From NCBI GenBank assembly GCA_964016885.1, contig OZ024745.1, positions 70,308,001 to 70,372,000 of the forward strand: DNA of 64,000 nt, read 5' to 3'. This DNA comes from Eledone cirrhosa. Taxonomy: Eukaryota. The notes beneath the pieces are model-generated. The model saw nothing but the letters and a program-made list of their open reading frames with translations, searched no databases and had not been told where the DNA came from. The translations under genes and the position numbers were made by a program. Positions within the stretch are counted from its first letter, which is position 1, and each line of letters starts with the position of its first letter. Shown here piece after piece: positions 26,322-42,330 of this stretch.

Positions 26322-29300
26322 CGTGTATGTGTGTGTGCTCTACTTTTCTTTTGAAATGACTACAATTACTCTAATTTCGCTCACCGTCGTAAGGGCGTAT
26401 TTTCGATTCCCGTCTTTCCGTTGTGTCCTTCAGCATGGCATTCGATTTTGCTTTGCTCCAATCCCCTAAGCAACACACAATTAGATCCACGTTAATCTCC
26501 ACGTTTCTGCAGAATACACATTCAATTGTTTATTAATGTCATTCGGAGGTTGTTTCGTAATTGCTACAAAGGTAACATTGATAAAATAAAATGTTAATGG
26601 TAATATTTAACATCCACCATAATGACATTGCTTTTGTAATTGAACTTTGATCGATTCCAACAACGACTGTTCTAGCTTTTGGAAAACGCAAGAGCCTGCT
26701 CAAGAAATGAACGTGCAATGATTGCTAAACATATCGCAGAAATATTCTCCCTTATCATAATTCTCAGCCTTACAATATATATGACAAACCTGGGCCTGTA
26801 AATAACAAATTTAACTCATTTATTCCATTTAAATTCCCTGGAGCAATGTGAAACTGTCTTGATCAGGGTACCATGCGCCACCGGCAATCAAAATTACACA
26901 CTGAGCCAAACATCCCAATCACAAATCCTAACATCTTTGCCAATTGCTTTCAAGAAATTACTGGGTTCAGAAGACTCAAATCAATGTAAACCATGTTGGC
27001 TTACCGGAAGCTTTTCTCACATACGTTCTTTTTATTTAGCTTTTTCATACCCAAAACATCTTCTACAGAATGCCATAATTGATATTTAGATATCATTTCC
27101 TTCGGACTGTTCACCTAATAAATTCTACACGGACATGATTTATTTTATTTCTATCAGAAACACATGATATTATTTGCGTGTGTCTGCATGTATATATACA
27201 TATATATATATATATAGTTCCTGTTCCTCCTATAGCTGTATAGTCTACTAAACACTGCAATAATGACGCTTTGCAGAATGAGTTCGACCTGATTTAAAAG
27301 AGGTACATATCTGAATAATTTCCAATATATTACAATAATTATATTCCTGTCAGCAGATTGAAGTTATTCTTGTTGTTGTCTGTTTTGAAAAGATTCCAAT
27401 TCTATTTATACATTCTAAGTTCTAGTAGGTAATTTTAGAAACGTCGTAAGACAAATAAGTCTCCACTTTATGAACCTTTCATGAATTTTCCCATTGTACA
27501 GCTGATATATTTATTCAAATCTACAAATTAATCATACACCAAAAGCAATAAAATTGAGAGTTGGAGTTTTGATATAGAATATACAAAGCAGAACTCATAC
27601 AAATATCAGATTGGTGAAGAACATTTGAGATGATAGACGAGATATAGGTGAAGGTAATGGTAGTTATAGGGAGAGTGATTGCGATGTTGATAGGGTACGA
27701 AAATGATTGTAATGTTGGTGGAGTAGTAGAGATTTTTATGGGGCTAGTGAGTAGGGGCGGTAGTGAGGAAATTGTCATGATGATGATGGCACTAATGATA
27801 ATGAGTTCAGGATAGTTGTGAATTCAATGAATTAGCATAGATATTTGTGATGTAACTAGAGGTGCTTTTGTACTAGAGGTGCTTTTGAAAGTAGTGATAA
27901 CGGTTGTAGTAGTTGTGATAGTGGGGATCATGAAGGTTGTAGTTTTGACAATGAAATATATGTGAGATTGCTATAAGAGATCTCGCTACATTGTGATGAC
28001 GGTTTTCATTCCATAGGCGATAAATTGGCTGAGTCATTAGAGAGGAGGAAAACATATTCTGCCGTATTTGTTCTTCCTCTCTGCGTTATGACTTCAGATT
28101 TCCCCGACATAAACTTTGACTTTCATTCTTTAAAAGTCGATAAAATGGTTAATGATTTGGTGGAATTTATAGATGTTTTGCGGTACTTGATCTGGGGTTT
28201 TGTTTGTTTGTTTGTTTGTTTGTTTTTATTTGTTTTTGTTTTTTTGCATACGAATTTCAAATGACATTGTGGTTTGCTTGGATGATTGACTTATTCCGTC
28301 ATCCGATCTAACATCAACTCCTGATACTCCACGACATGTACAAAATACATCCTGTTTTAACTATTCTGGTTAGGTCTCAAGTTTGGGTATACTTACCCGA
28401 TCCGTCCCTGTTCTCTCGAAGGCCATGCAGAGAATAATGTGCAAAGCGCATCGGAAATAGCAGTAAAGCTCGATGCAAAGCAGTTGCACAGAATTTGTGC
28501 ATTTATTAGCAGGACATTAGTTATCATACTCCCATCTGAGGAATTTTACATCGTCTCTGTTGATATAATCAATGCAGATCGAGTGGAATATTTTTATTGC
28601 ATCTAGGGAGTCCGGCTGCAGAATAATGGGACGTAAATGGTATATTATCTACATAGCAATGCCTACTGTAATTAATTATAAAATCAAATAACTCCCTCAA
28701 GTACAGAAGGAAATGTGTTCAGAGTATAAACATTTGACTAAAACTGAATAGAGATATCCATCTTCACTGCGAATTGCAAATGAGCAACATGATAGCAAAT
28801 GTTCAATCTAAGCGAAAACAGAAGGACAATGTTAGGTTCTATGGATACGGTTGAAATATGTAGGAGAGCATAAGTGGTCAACTGGGGAGAGAGCAAAACT
28901 GAATATATTGAAGGGCTGGTTGTTTACCACTGTTTCTGAAAACTTTAAATCCGGATGTTTTGGACGATCATAGGGCTGGAAAGCCTGTCCTTCTTGGATA
29001 TCTGACACGATGTGCTTTATTCTCAAACAGAGGAATGGCTCTACCTTGAGAAAAAAACAGAGATACATTGTGAGTAAGGGAATGAGAGAGACAGATTGAG
29101 GTAGGGAGAAATAAAGATAAACAGGCAGTGTGGGGAAAAGAAATAGAAAGAGTGTGAAGGTGTTATGAGATAGTTCTGAATGCCACTGAGGAGATATTGT
29201 TAGATCATGGCTGTACTATTAGAGTGCACAGTTTATTCTAAGAATAACGATTAAAATCAGTTTATGTTTTTATATTAACTACAAACTACCAATAATATAA

Positions 29301-30534
29301 AAATAGTAATCTCCCACTGAGGCCAAATTGATGGTTTATTCTCAATTCTTCTTTGTCTATTTTCAATTTTAATTTCAATTACATCGCTGCTGCTTTATAA
29401 TTAAGCCATAAAAATCACATCGTGTCATTTTCTATTCTCAAATATAATCAGACATTCAATCACACATAACCGGGTAGGAGAGTTTAACGTTCAATCAGCT
29501 AAGACTATGTTGCAGTCTTTTTACTTAGCTCCCAATGACCCAGTCCTCGTGGCTGTAACTAAGTGAGATACAGGAAGAGGAAACGGAAAAATTCGTCCCA
29601 TCCTTGATTAGAATAAAATGCAAAACTTCAGAGCTAATTAGTGACTTTCGCCAGCAATGAATATTATAAATTGTGATATGAACCATGAAAGAATGGCAAA
29701 ATGGGCGAATATTCTGATTTTGTTTTATTTTGCGTGGTTTGGCAATTTTGATTTTGTTTATGATAGTAGTGGTAGAAGTGGTGTTGGTGGTGGACATAAA
29801 CTTCATCTACCACATGGTTAACATCACCACCAGTTCAATTGGTATCTTTATCGGGGTCCACTTTGTTGTTCATAATATATGACAGGTCATCCTCCCTCCG
29901 AACACGAGGCCATGAAAAGGGCCATGGGCTTTGACCAATTTCTTGACTAAGCAATGAGAATATTAAACTCTGTGATCAATGAAACACCAGTTTTCGGTGG
30001 TCATATAACCACATCTATAAATGTGTGCCTTTTGATTTTGAGACGAGATGTACTGGGACTAGGTTTCCTTGTTTCGTAAAGTGTTTCTGGCTTTCCAGTA
30101 TTAAAAACATCTCCGAAGAAAACAATAAACATTTAAGAAACAGATACACTATTACTGAGTAAATTAGTTAAGCGTTTCCTTAATTCTCAGGAAACTGAAG
30201 AGAAACGACGGTCCAAGAAAGATTTGATATTAATGAAAAGACGTTCAAACACACAGACACGCGTACGCCCACACACACACATGTATGTACACATTCGTAG
30301 CATGCACACAGATACCCACGCGCATACACACAGTCACACGAACACATGCACACACGCAAACATACACTCACATGTCTACACATATCAATATATACATATA
30401 TACACGCACCCCATTCGATATATATATATGTATATATATGTGTGTGTGTGTGAATGTGTGTCTGTCTATAAATGTGTGTGTGTTTATATATATATATAGT
30501 TACAATAGCTATACCCACCAAGTTATTCAGCCTG

Positions 30535-30584
<50 letters not shown>

Positions 30585-30744
30585 ATAGATTATTTTACTG
30601 GTGTCAGTTATTAAACTACAGTCTCGCAGGAGCACAACATATGGGGGATTTCGAATAATATAGGGAGCAGTTTTCTTGCTCTTCTTTCGGGGTAGCTAAA
30701 ACCCATTTTGCGGTTGTGTACAGAGTATACAGTATATAAGTATA

Positions 30745-30982
30745 TACGTGTTAGACCACACTGGGTTCCTTTAACCCGATTCTCGAGGATATTCAGGGAG
30801 ACACATTCTGTAACAAAGCTAGCCCTTTGAATTACACATGACACATGTTTCGTCATCTGAGTGGAATACAGCACCGGGAAATAAGTTGGCGTGGTGAAGA
30901 TCTGAACGCACCGACGAGAATCGAAATCTTAACTTTACTACCTTGTGCTGAAAACGCTAACCACTAAGCCATGTGCCTTCAA
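30745..30982 (-). mobile_element. tRNA-derived SINE, second family, degenerate
   Basis: Minus-strand head 'tgaaggcacatggcttagtggttagcg' (A box TGGCTTAGTGG) and 'atttcgattctc' (B-box-like). Confidence 0.65.
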
Positions 30983-31913
30983 ACACAATGTGTAAAATAT
31001 TGTGAATAATCAACTCCTTACATTTCTCCCCATTACTTCACAATAAAGGGCCTTGTGACTGGTGAAAAAAATCAATAACTGTATAAGTTAGACCGCCGTC
31101 ATTACCGCTCATACATACGTTTGTCCTAATGAAAGAGTAAAATATTTAACATTTTCCATATGAAACCACCTAAAGCCACCTTTAGTTTTATGATGTAAAA
31201 ACTATTTATCTAAAAACATTATATATACAATTTCAATAAAGAACCTTCAAGTTATGTTCCCAACTCCAGCGTAATAATGAGCAAGTTAATCTCATTACCA
31301 GATACCTCTATATTTTTGAAAATGTAAAAAATTATTTGGAAATCTGCTAATGAAAAAAAATAAGTGTTATATATTTAATTTAAATATTTTAACCCTAGAC
31401 CGGAGTTAATTTGGGCTATATTTTCAAGAACGTATCTACTTTTTTATCGTTGTTTTTTTTTTGTTGTTTTTATTTTCGAAGCGGGGTTGGGGTACGTTAA
31501 CTATATTGATGAAGAATAGTGTATTTCATCTTTAAAATAATTTCTATTGTATTCATTGGGTTCATGGGCATTGTGTGAAATAGTTACATTTCTGTCAAGA
31601 ATTATTTAATAATAAAATACTAAACGAAATGGTTCATATATAGTATTAGTTTATGATGGTGGTTTCTTCGTTATTTGTTTATGGATATACATCCATGTAT
31701 ATATATATATCATATATATATCATATATATATATATGAAGAGAGAGAGAAAGAAAGAGAGAGAGAGAGAGAAAGGGAGAGAGATGTGTATGTTGGTGGGT
31801 TTGGGTGTATACTTGCACATGTAGATATATATCAATATATCATATGCATATATATTATAGGTATGTTATATACATGTATATGTGTATGTATATATGTATA
31901 TATATACATATAT

Positions 31914-31954
<41 letters not shown>

Positions 31955-33343
31955 GTTCAGCCTCCTTAAATTGTAAGATGTATTAAATGTGTATAAAGCC
32001 AAAATATTTGGCACTGTTGACTACATTGCTATATTACTTCCAAACATGTGTTGCTCTACTTCTAACACAATTGCATTTAATAACATATTCACACATATGA
32101 TGACCCACTACCAAAATGCTACGCTATATCCAGCTACTTCGATTTCTCCTACTACAGGCATTACGCCTTGGCACCCATCAGCTCTATACCCCCTCAAAAC
32201 CCACGCGATGCATACATATGACTGTTTCTCATCACCGCACTTTCTATCTTTCCTATTGAACAATACCCAGCATCTCTTCCGAACAACTGCAACATTTAAG
32301 AGAGCATGTCTCCTCCTCCAACCCCACCTCCACCTCGATCACATTTTCTTTACCTAATCTTAATATGTCGCAATTAAAGTTAAAATTTCACCCACATCTC
32401 GTTGTTCTTTCGCTAATGGTGCTTAAATTGCAGTATAATTTTTCCATATATATATATATATGATCATTCTAATTAATACATATATGTATATCTTCCACTT
32501 CCTCCAAGCGCGAACCTAATACAACTGTAATTTTGCCTCCTGTGTTTTGTTTATTTCATTTATTAACTATATATATATACATCTGTGTATCTGTATATGT
32601 GTGTGTTTGTATGTGTCTGTGTGTGTGTTTGTGTGTTTATATGTGTGCGTGTGTGTCTGTGTGCGTATATATGTGTGTTACTATATCCACCTACACATTC
32701 ACCGTTACAACTCGCTATTAAACCTTAAATTTAAACGAATTCACAAGAAGAACACCAAAAGAATTAGATGCTATATATGAGTCACATTCTAAAGTAGAAC
32801 CTATTTATTAGATCGAAGTTCATCTGCAGTGTGGTAGTCATACTACCTCTCGTTAGATAAATGAAATATATATACAATAGGAATCGAGTTGAAATCTCTT
32901 ATTTCATTGTAAATCTAATAACTAACCACCTCATCAATAAATAGTTTACTAAACCCCCTTACTATGACTATATGGTATTTTGACTTTGTAGATAAGCTAG
33001 CTCCTCAGTTCCACTAGATTAACAGACTAGGGTTGGTAAATAATTCATGCTGTTCTGATATCATATTAACGGTTCGACCTGTTTATATAGTAAACCCTAA
33101 TTTCCCTGTTGGAAAGGATCTACATCTGCAACAACCTGTAGTAAATAATCCTTACATATAGTGCTTTACTTCCACATCCTGTACTCCTATTTATATATAC
33201 TCTCTCTTTCTCTCTCCCTCTACATCTTCTCTTCTGTCTCAGTGACTATTACTTTCTCGCAGTCTCAGTGACTATCTCTTTCTCGCTGTTTCTGTAACTA
33301 TCTCTTCCTTGCTGTCTGGCTGTCACTCTCATTCTCTCTCTCG

Positions 33344-33415
<72 letters not shown>

Positions 33416-33528
33416 ATCTATCTATCTATCTATCTCTCTCCCCACTGTCTGATTTTTTCTGTTCTGCTATCTCTCTCCTTCTGCTTCCGTCTATCTCCTC
33501 CGATCAGACTTTTTTTTCTCTGGTTTAC

Positions 33529-33569
<41 letters not shown>

Positions 33570-34115
33570 CCGACATTATATTCTTCTAAGTTTCTCTCTC
33601 TCCCTCTGTCTTTCTGTTTCAGTATCCGCCTGTCTTTCCCACTGTTTCTCTTTTCTTCCCACTGTCTTTGAATTTCACTATCACGCCCCCTCTCTGTCGT
33701 TTTCTATATTACTATTTCATCGTTTCTCTTTCTCTCTCTTCCTCTCTCCTTTTCTCTGCATCTTTCTGACACACTCCTATTTCCTTTCACTCCAACTCTA
33801 CTTTCGTTTTACATATTGAGTCCTGAATTATATTGATCCGTTTTTCCTCTTAGCCCCATTATTTCCCTACATATTTCACAAATCTCCTTCTATCAGCATT
33901 TGTCACTTCCTCACTCTTCAATTCTCCGTCTACATCCCTCAATCTCATTCACCTTTTTCTCTTTCCCTCACTCTCACCCCCTCTCTCTCTATCTATCTAT
34001 CTCTGTATATATATATATATATCATTCTCTCTTCATATATATATATATATGAATATAATATATATATATATATATATTATATTATATATATATATATAAA
34101 TATAATATATATATA

Positions 34116-34153
<38 letters not shown>

Positions 34154-34154
<1 letters not shown>

Positions 34155-34355
34155 ACGAAGGAAATGTGGTAAGGAACCAGGTGGACATAACGCACCAAAG
34201 TACTCAATACTTAGCGTAGTAGAGTGGGTAATATGAACGAGTAGGACCCCGACGGCTGAGCTCAAGCCGTTTCGACGGCTAATTCTGGACTAACATTTTA
34301 GTCCAGAATTAGCCGTCGAAACGGCTTGAGCTCAGCCGTCGGGGTCCTACACGTT

Positions 34356-34358
<3 letters not shown>
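34154..34358. mobile_element. Mini-element family A, fold-back palindrome in (TA)n
   Basis: Axis 'ctggactaacattttagtccag'; arms are reverse complementary. Confidence 0.85.
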
Positions 34359-34443
<85 letters not shown>

Positions 34444-34452
34444 GATATATAC

Positions 34453-34491
<39 letters not shown>

Positions 34492-34758
34492 GATATATAC
34501 ATATAAATATTATATATATATATATATAATATGATATATACATATAAATATTATATATATATATATATATAAAATATATATTATATTATATTATATATAT
34601 ATATTATATTTATATATTTATATATATATTATATTATATTATATATATATAATATTTATATATATATAATATATATATTTATATATATATATATATATTA
34701 TATTTATGTATATATATATATATATTATGTATATAAATATATATATATTATGTATATA

Positions 34759-34826
<68 letters not shown>

Positions 34827-34831
34827 ATATA
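34359..34831. repeat. Degenerate (TA)n tract
   Basis: Direct reading. Confidence 0.95.
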
Positions 34832-35015
34832 TGGTCTACTGCCTTACATCAGCATTGAGGTATATTTTAGATAAGATCAAAATTTCAATCGTGTAATTTT
34901 GTGGGGGACGTATATATCATATAGAAGTGAAAACCTTTTATAATAAATACGTCGAAAATAATTTTAATATCCTGAAATACACATGCACACGCGCATACAC
35001 ATATCTATACACACG

Positions 35016-35089
<74 letters not shown>

Positions 35090-35164
35090 AAACTCCAGGG
35101 TAACAGGACTCCGACGTCTCCTTAATAAATAATATGTGTTCCATCATTTTATGTCCCTTTTCGT

Positions 35165-35781
<617 letters not shown>

Positions 35782-36422
35782 TGTGTGTGTGTGTGTATTT
35801 GACTGTAAATATTTATGTATGTTAGGTAGGTAGGTAGGTAGGTAGGTAGGTAGGTAGGTGTGCCTGTGTGTATATATATATATCTGTTTGTCACCCCCTC
35901 TCGTGGGAAGCATTCACGGATGATCGACTCCCTACTCTTGTAAATACATATATATACAACAGCTATCGAGCTATAGAGCTACTGTCATTTCTATAAAGGC
36001 TCTGTTTACTTGATTGAAATCCTCCTCTCTTGACTGCTATGTATGTGTCTCTCTGTAAATGTATGTGTGTGTGCGCGCGTGCATGATGCTTTACTGTTGC
36101 CGTTATTATCACGATTTATGCTACTAGTACAGCAGATGCTGCTGGCAGTAGTAGAGCAGAAATACTATTACTGTAAAACCTCTTCTACTAGAACTATAAT
36201 AATAACTACTACAACTGCAACTACACTTGCTGCTGCTTTCCACATCACTGCTGCTGCTGCTGCTGTGCCTGTTGCAGCTGCTGCTATTTATCTTTGCTGT
36301 TGCCGCTGCTGCTGCCGCCGCTCCGTCATCGCCACCGAAATCTCCGGTGTCTGTCTGTCTGCCTGCCTGTCTGTCTGCCTGTCTGTCTGCCTACCTGCTT
36401 GCCTGAGTACGTGTGGAAGCGA

Positions 36423-36483
<61 letters not shown>

Positions 36484-38296
36484 CTCATATATACTCATAT
36501 ATAAATGAAAATAAAGGGAAAGTAAAGAAAAAAAATACAGAGAAAATACAAAGAAATAATAGAAGGAAATGAAGAGACATTCACCACTCATACTTGAAAA
36601 TATGAAAAGCAATATATTCATATATATATACTTTTAAATGGACTTTAAAACACTAATGATACATACAGGAGTAAAGAGGAAAATATCGCTTCTGAGTAAG
36701 AAGTCTCCTTTGTCTCATTACAGGACTATATGCCAAGCCATATATCATAAAATGCAGCCGTCCGTGTAAACACAAGTGTATCTCCATGCAAGTGAAGCTG
36801 CCGTTGTTCTAGTTTCGCTATCTTGCAGTCTCCAAAAAAGAAATACTATCGCTTGTACCACTATCTATGCTACAACACTTACCTTACCTATTAACTCTGC
36901 TGCCACCAATGTCGTCATAATGTCACAAATACCTCTCTTCGGTTCCCACACCAAATATTCTTCTGATCGACACATTAAAACGAAACGAAAAGGATAACAT
37001 GCTACCATCACTAATTGGAATAACTACAAATTAACCTGGAGTAAAGTAAACAGTCCTAACTTCTGTGACAACTAGAATAACACATATAAGGAATATATAT
37101 ATATATATACACATAAATACATGAAAACGTCTGTAAAATTCACAACGATAACTGCTACTGCCACTTCTGTTATTACCACATTTTCATTATCTGGAATATT
37201 AAATACCGCTAGAGAATTAAATGCAATAAGAATAGTAACATGTATGGCAAAAACAAAAGAAAAATTATAAATTCAGTAATACAAGCCACCCATAAAATAA
37301 CATTTATTCCAGCAGTATTGGCTGTTCACCAGCGTGAGGTAACATAGCATATACAGTAACGATAGCAGCAACATCAAAATATATAGGTATTTTCAACTAC
37401 AGAGCTGCAACAGTGAAAATCTAGGATAAATGCGTTAACATGGTTTTCACCAGAAACAATTGATAATCTCTTTCCCCTCAATAATTTTCATGCTTCACAG
37501 CACAGAAATCGTGGTCCTCCTTCTAACATCCTCTTTATTCTCTGTCGAACCCCAGCAACAGGTTACAGCTCCTAACAAGCGAATTCACATCATAGTAGTG
37601 CACCAAGACGACCCATTGTTGTCATAACGCATCCGGTTAAATAAACTAATTTATTTTACCCTTTTTTTTTTCTGTGTTTGACGCATCAATAAGCATCAAT
37701 AACATTGCTAAATTTTCGTTTATTTTCTTTCATTTTATTTTGTTATTCTTTTGACAATAGCGCCGCTTTAAATCAAAGCAAATTCAATTATCTTTTCTTC
37801 GGTCTCTGTAAAACAGAGCGGAAAGAAAACTGGTGGAGGCATAACGAACAAGTATATACAGAAAATTGATAAAATAGCAAGTGGAGAATATTTATCAAGA
37901 AGTGTATATACCTTCATTGGAGCATTGTTGCCAGTATATGGTAAAAACCCCTTAAAATATCAGCAACGACTTCAGTAGCAGCAGCAGCAGCAGCAGCTCA
38001 GTTCAGCACAACGATCGTAAAACAAACTCCCTTACCAACCACGTATTAATATCGTTCTTATTAATAACATTATTAATAACATTACCAGGATTACTACTTC
38101 TCTGTGTTGCTATTGTCTGAATTCTGCCTCGTGATACCTGAACACCTCTGATACCTGAACACCACAACCCCTTTAAAAACCACCTTGCCATTCCACTAGA
38201 TAAATCTGCAAGGCTGCCATCCAATTTGGAGTAGATTTAAACCGTGCTCACACACTTTATCTCTCCCTCTCCGTTTATCATCATAGCCGAAAGCTT

Positions 38297-38297
<1 letters not shown>

Positions 38298-38332
<35 letters not shown>

Positions 38333-38356
38333 CGCTACCACTACTACTACTACTAC

Positions 38357-38416
<60 letters not shown>
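38298..38416. repeat. (CTA)n microsatellite
   Basis: Direct reading. Confidence 0.95.
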
Positions 38417-39224
38417 ACATTGTTGTTGGTGTAATTGTTCATTTTTTATCATCAACCAAATTGGATCTAAATTAAAAATTTAACATTTCACCAGTACAAG
38501 TACAGCAGGAACAACAATTACAAGGGAAGCCATCGGTTCTACAACGACAACTCGTGTTATCTAGCAGCATTTCTCTCCCTCTTACCTTCATTATTATTAT
38601 TATTAATATCATTATTTTATTTTCGCGCTGTTAACTCTTCAGTTCGGATAACATAATAATTTTCTTTACATGCCTTAAAAAAGAAAAAGGATAAACCAAG
38701 AAAACAAAATCTCACAAACCACCAAAGGTGCCCCAAATTTACTTAAAATTATCCATTATACTCATTGTTATTTTTATTATAATTTTTTCGCATTCAACGT
38801 TGAAAATTCAAATTAATGATTTTTTTTTTCTTTCGATACGGTGAGGAATACAAATGGAGAATGTTTAAAAATATTATTATACATAAAACCGTTGTATAAG
38901 AAAAAGAGATCCTGTATGTGTATTAAATAATGGAAAAAAAACAAACATATGTATCTCTTATATCAGGATTACCGCAAGGATTTTAGTGAGATGTTAAAGG
39001 ATTTTAAAGGAGCTGCAGAGGAGGAATAATACAGCAAGGAATTTATTGGTAACTTTATTGAAAATAGTCTAACAGTAGCCGAAGGCAGATTTTCGAATAT
39101 TTTGGAGTATATTAAAAAAGAAATTACACGTAAATGTAGAAATTCTTTCATCAAGAAAAAAAAAAAATTCAATTACTTTTCACCTTACTACCAATACATT
39201 TTCTTATCATTTTTTTTAAACTTA

Positions 39225-39266
<42 letters not shown>

Positions 39267-40397
39267 CAAAGTGCAACCAAATCATTAAAACTGCCAGAAT
39301 AGTATTTTCTTCTTATCACAATCTATTTTATCAACTTCTTCATAATCACGTGGTCATACTTTAATATGACAATTTCTTAAACACCTTCTTTATCAGAGTC
39401 TCAAAACGAATATTTAATTTTCACCACTTTCTATCATTCGCACATTTTCTTCGCTGATAATACATCGTTCACCTTATTTCTCTGTAAAGAAGAAAACTGC
39501 TCTTACACACGCACACAAAATAATACTGATAATATGTAGCTGCCGTGAAGTGATTCTCACTCAGTGGTCTTAGTGATCACCAGTTGATGTATTAGTGGGA
39601 ATGATTTCTTGTTCTTGTTTTTGTTGTTTGGAGAATTAAATGAGCAGCTGAAACACTGTGGTAAATGCACATGTATATATATATGTGTGTGCCTAGCCCT
39701 ATGCATATCTACTAATTAAGTGACTATACCCTTTTATAACGTCACGCAAAATTTCTCAGCATGTGAATGCTATGAACATGTGTCTATCGATATAGAACTG
39801 AAGCAAAATATTGAAAATATAAATTTATATAGATATATAACAGAGTGTAATGCATTACGAAAATGGGAGTAACTACAAAATGAGCCAGAAAAGAAGAATA
39901 AAGCGAGCAGTGAGAGTATATATATGTCTATAGAACGGTAAAAAGGAGAGGAAAAAAGTGTTGTAGTCATAGAAAAATTTGGCACTGGGCAGTAACTAAA
40001 TAGGCAGGGCACTATACAGAAAGAAAGCTGACTAATAAAATATAGGGGAAAGGGTGAAGTGAAGAGAAAGGAAGGTAAGGAGAGGGAGAGAGGTGGAGAG
40101 GTGTGTGTGAGAGAGAGAAAAAGAGACTTAAAACCTGAAGAGGGTGGATTTTTTCTCAATATTAGGAAAATGAGGCGAATCTGAGCAGTAACCTTCTGTA
40201 TTGGTTGGTCAGCCGTTTGTATTCCACACCGACTGTTCGGTCAATTATACATTGGCACTTCCTCCTCTTGCTTGTCAACTTAACTACAATAACTACTTTA
40301 CTTCACCCTTTCATATTTACTCCTTTGATGCATCACTCATCTGCAGCGAATAGAAAGATAGGTTTTGGATTTTAAAATAAATAAATACATATATATA

Positions 40398-40437
<40 letters not shown>

Positions 40438-40448
40438 TATAATATAAT

Positions 40449-40489
<41 letters not shown>

Positions 40490-40883
40490 GTGTACACGCA
40501 TGCACAAACTAAAATGAGAAACACCTTGAATTCGGCAACTGTATAGAGTATTTTAAAATCCCTCCTTCTATACAGGATAAAGTGACCTTTAACTTGAAAA
40601 AAAAAAAAAAAACATTATTCGTGCACAAATTTTCTACTTAACTTTTCATAATATTTGTGTGTTCCACGTTTGGATACCAAGTTCATACTCAGATCATCTG
40701 TTGATAACTACAAGTCTTGAAACAAAGTCCCAATCTCGTTCATGCCGCAGTAAGGATATTATAGAAGTATACCCGAGGAGTTACAAAACCAAACATAATA
40801 TTGGAAGTACCGGATCAACGAAAGTCATTTTAATTTGGATTATTATCCTCAGCAACTGATACTTGTTTTATAAAAAAAAAGCC

Positions 40884-40935
<52 letters not shown>

Positions 40936-41874
40936 ACATTTCCTATTAAAACACCACGCCACAAATTCAGTATTTTAATTAATAATATTTAAAACAAACC
41001 CTACAGTTTTAAGAAAGTTCACGGTTAACAGGAATGAAATACTTTTACATCTGAAAAGAAAATATTGAGTTATATTAATATTACTGTTTTAATTAATTAT
41101 ATAAAGTAAGTCTACAATTACAACAACTTGTAACTAGGCTTATCGTTATTTATCTATTAATAGCGACAATATATATATATATACATTGTGTATATATATA
41201 TAGAGGAAAATATAGAAATTTGTATGTGTATGTATATATATGCACATACAGTTTCATGTGCAATAGTGCTTCGCGGAGGCTGGTTCAATCACATACTAAC
41301 AGGTTCTTACCAAGTTTAAGAAGGAAGTGAACCCTTACACTGACCGGAAATTCGTTTGAAATTCACTCGAATATTATTAATCCAACGTCAACAATTCAGT
41401 TTTATTGGATTACAAATTGTAAACTGGTAAACAGATAGCCACGATCCATCTTTCTCTAATCAAGATTAAGTCTGATTTATTGTAGCCGCCAAGTTGGCAA
41501 GAAAACGTAACTGGGAAAATCACAAATAAAAGAAAATATATGTAAATGAGCAAACTAAATTTAAATCTCTATTATTCTAACTAATGCGAGCCGACTGTTC
41601 TTTGTAGGAACGGAAATAACAAAAAAGATTCAAAGAAGCGATTTCTATATAGTCATAAAGTTACGAATAGATATAGTATTGCATTTAACATAATATTCTT
41701 TACCATACAATAATAAGAGAGAATTACTTGTCTGGCTCGGATTTAATTCTAGAGTTAGACAGAGGTGTGTGTTTATCAGATAGCTGTATATTTGATACGG
41801 CTGATGATAACATTACGACCTTTCGTTCCTCTAAAGACATTGTTCGATTATCACTCGATCATAGTTTTATAGAT

Positions 41875-41917
<43 letters not shown>

Positions 41918-42296
41918 AGTTTTATCTATCATTCTGCACATATACACATAAACACACATTATAGATATATATATGTGTATGCAATCATACATATATATGT
42001 TGTATCTTTTTTGCTTATATAATTATTATTCTATAAATATCATTATATTCTCTAAATACTATGCTAAATTTCATGAATATGTATCTAATAATAGTTATAT
42101 AAATTGCACAGCAATACAATTAAAAGATCTATTCATTTTAGTTTCATAATAGATATATTTCTCTATAAATACACACATATTCTCGTCACATTTTCAGAAT
42201 TATCAAATCATTTCTATTAAGAAACATATAATCAAGAATTTAAAACATATAACAGAACATAATGGAAGACCGACTAAAATAATAAATAAATGTAAA

Positions 42297-42330
42297 CTAG
42301 GGGTTTTGAGAATACATATTTTCAAGACCC
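42297..42330 (-). mobile_element. Possible Helitron-type 3' terminus (hairpin plus CTAG)
   Basis: GGGTTTTGAGAAT-acat-ATTTTCAAGACCC imperfect hairpin immediately adjacent to CTAG, followed by T on the minus strand. Confidence 0.3.

Noticed and set aside
32780-33130. Solo-LTR-like segment (minus-strand TATA and AATAAA)
   Set aside because: No clear TG...CA termini or TSD and no second copy in the window.
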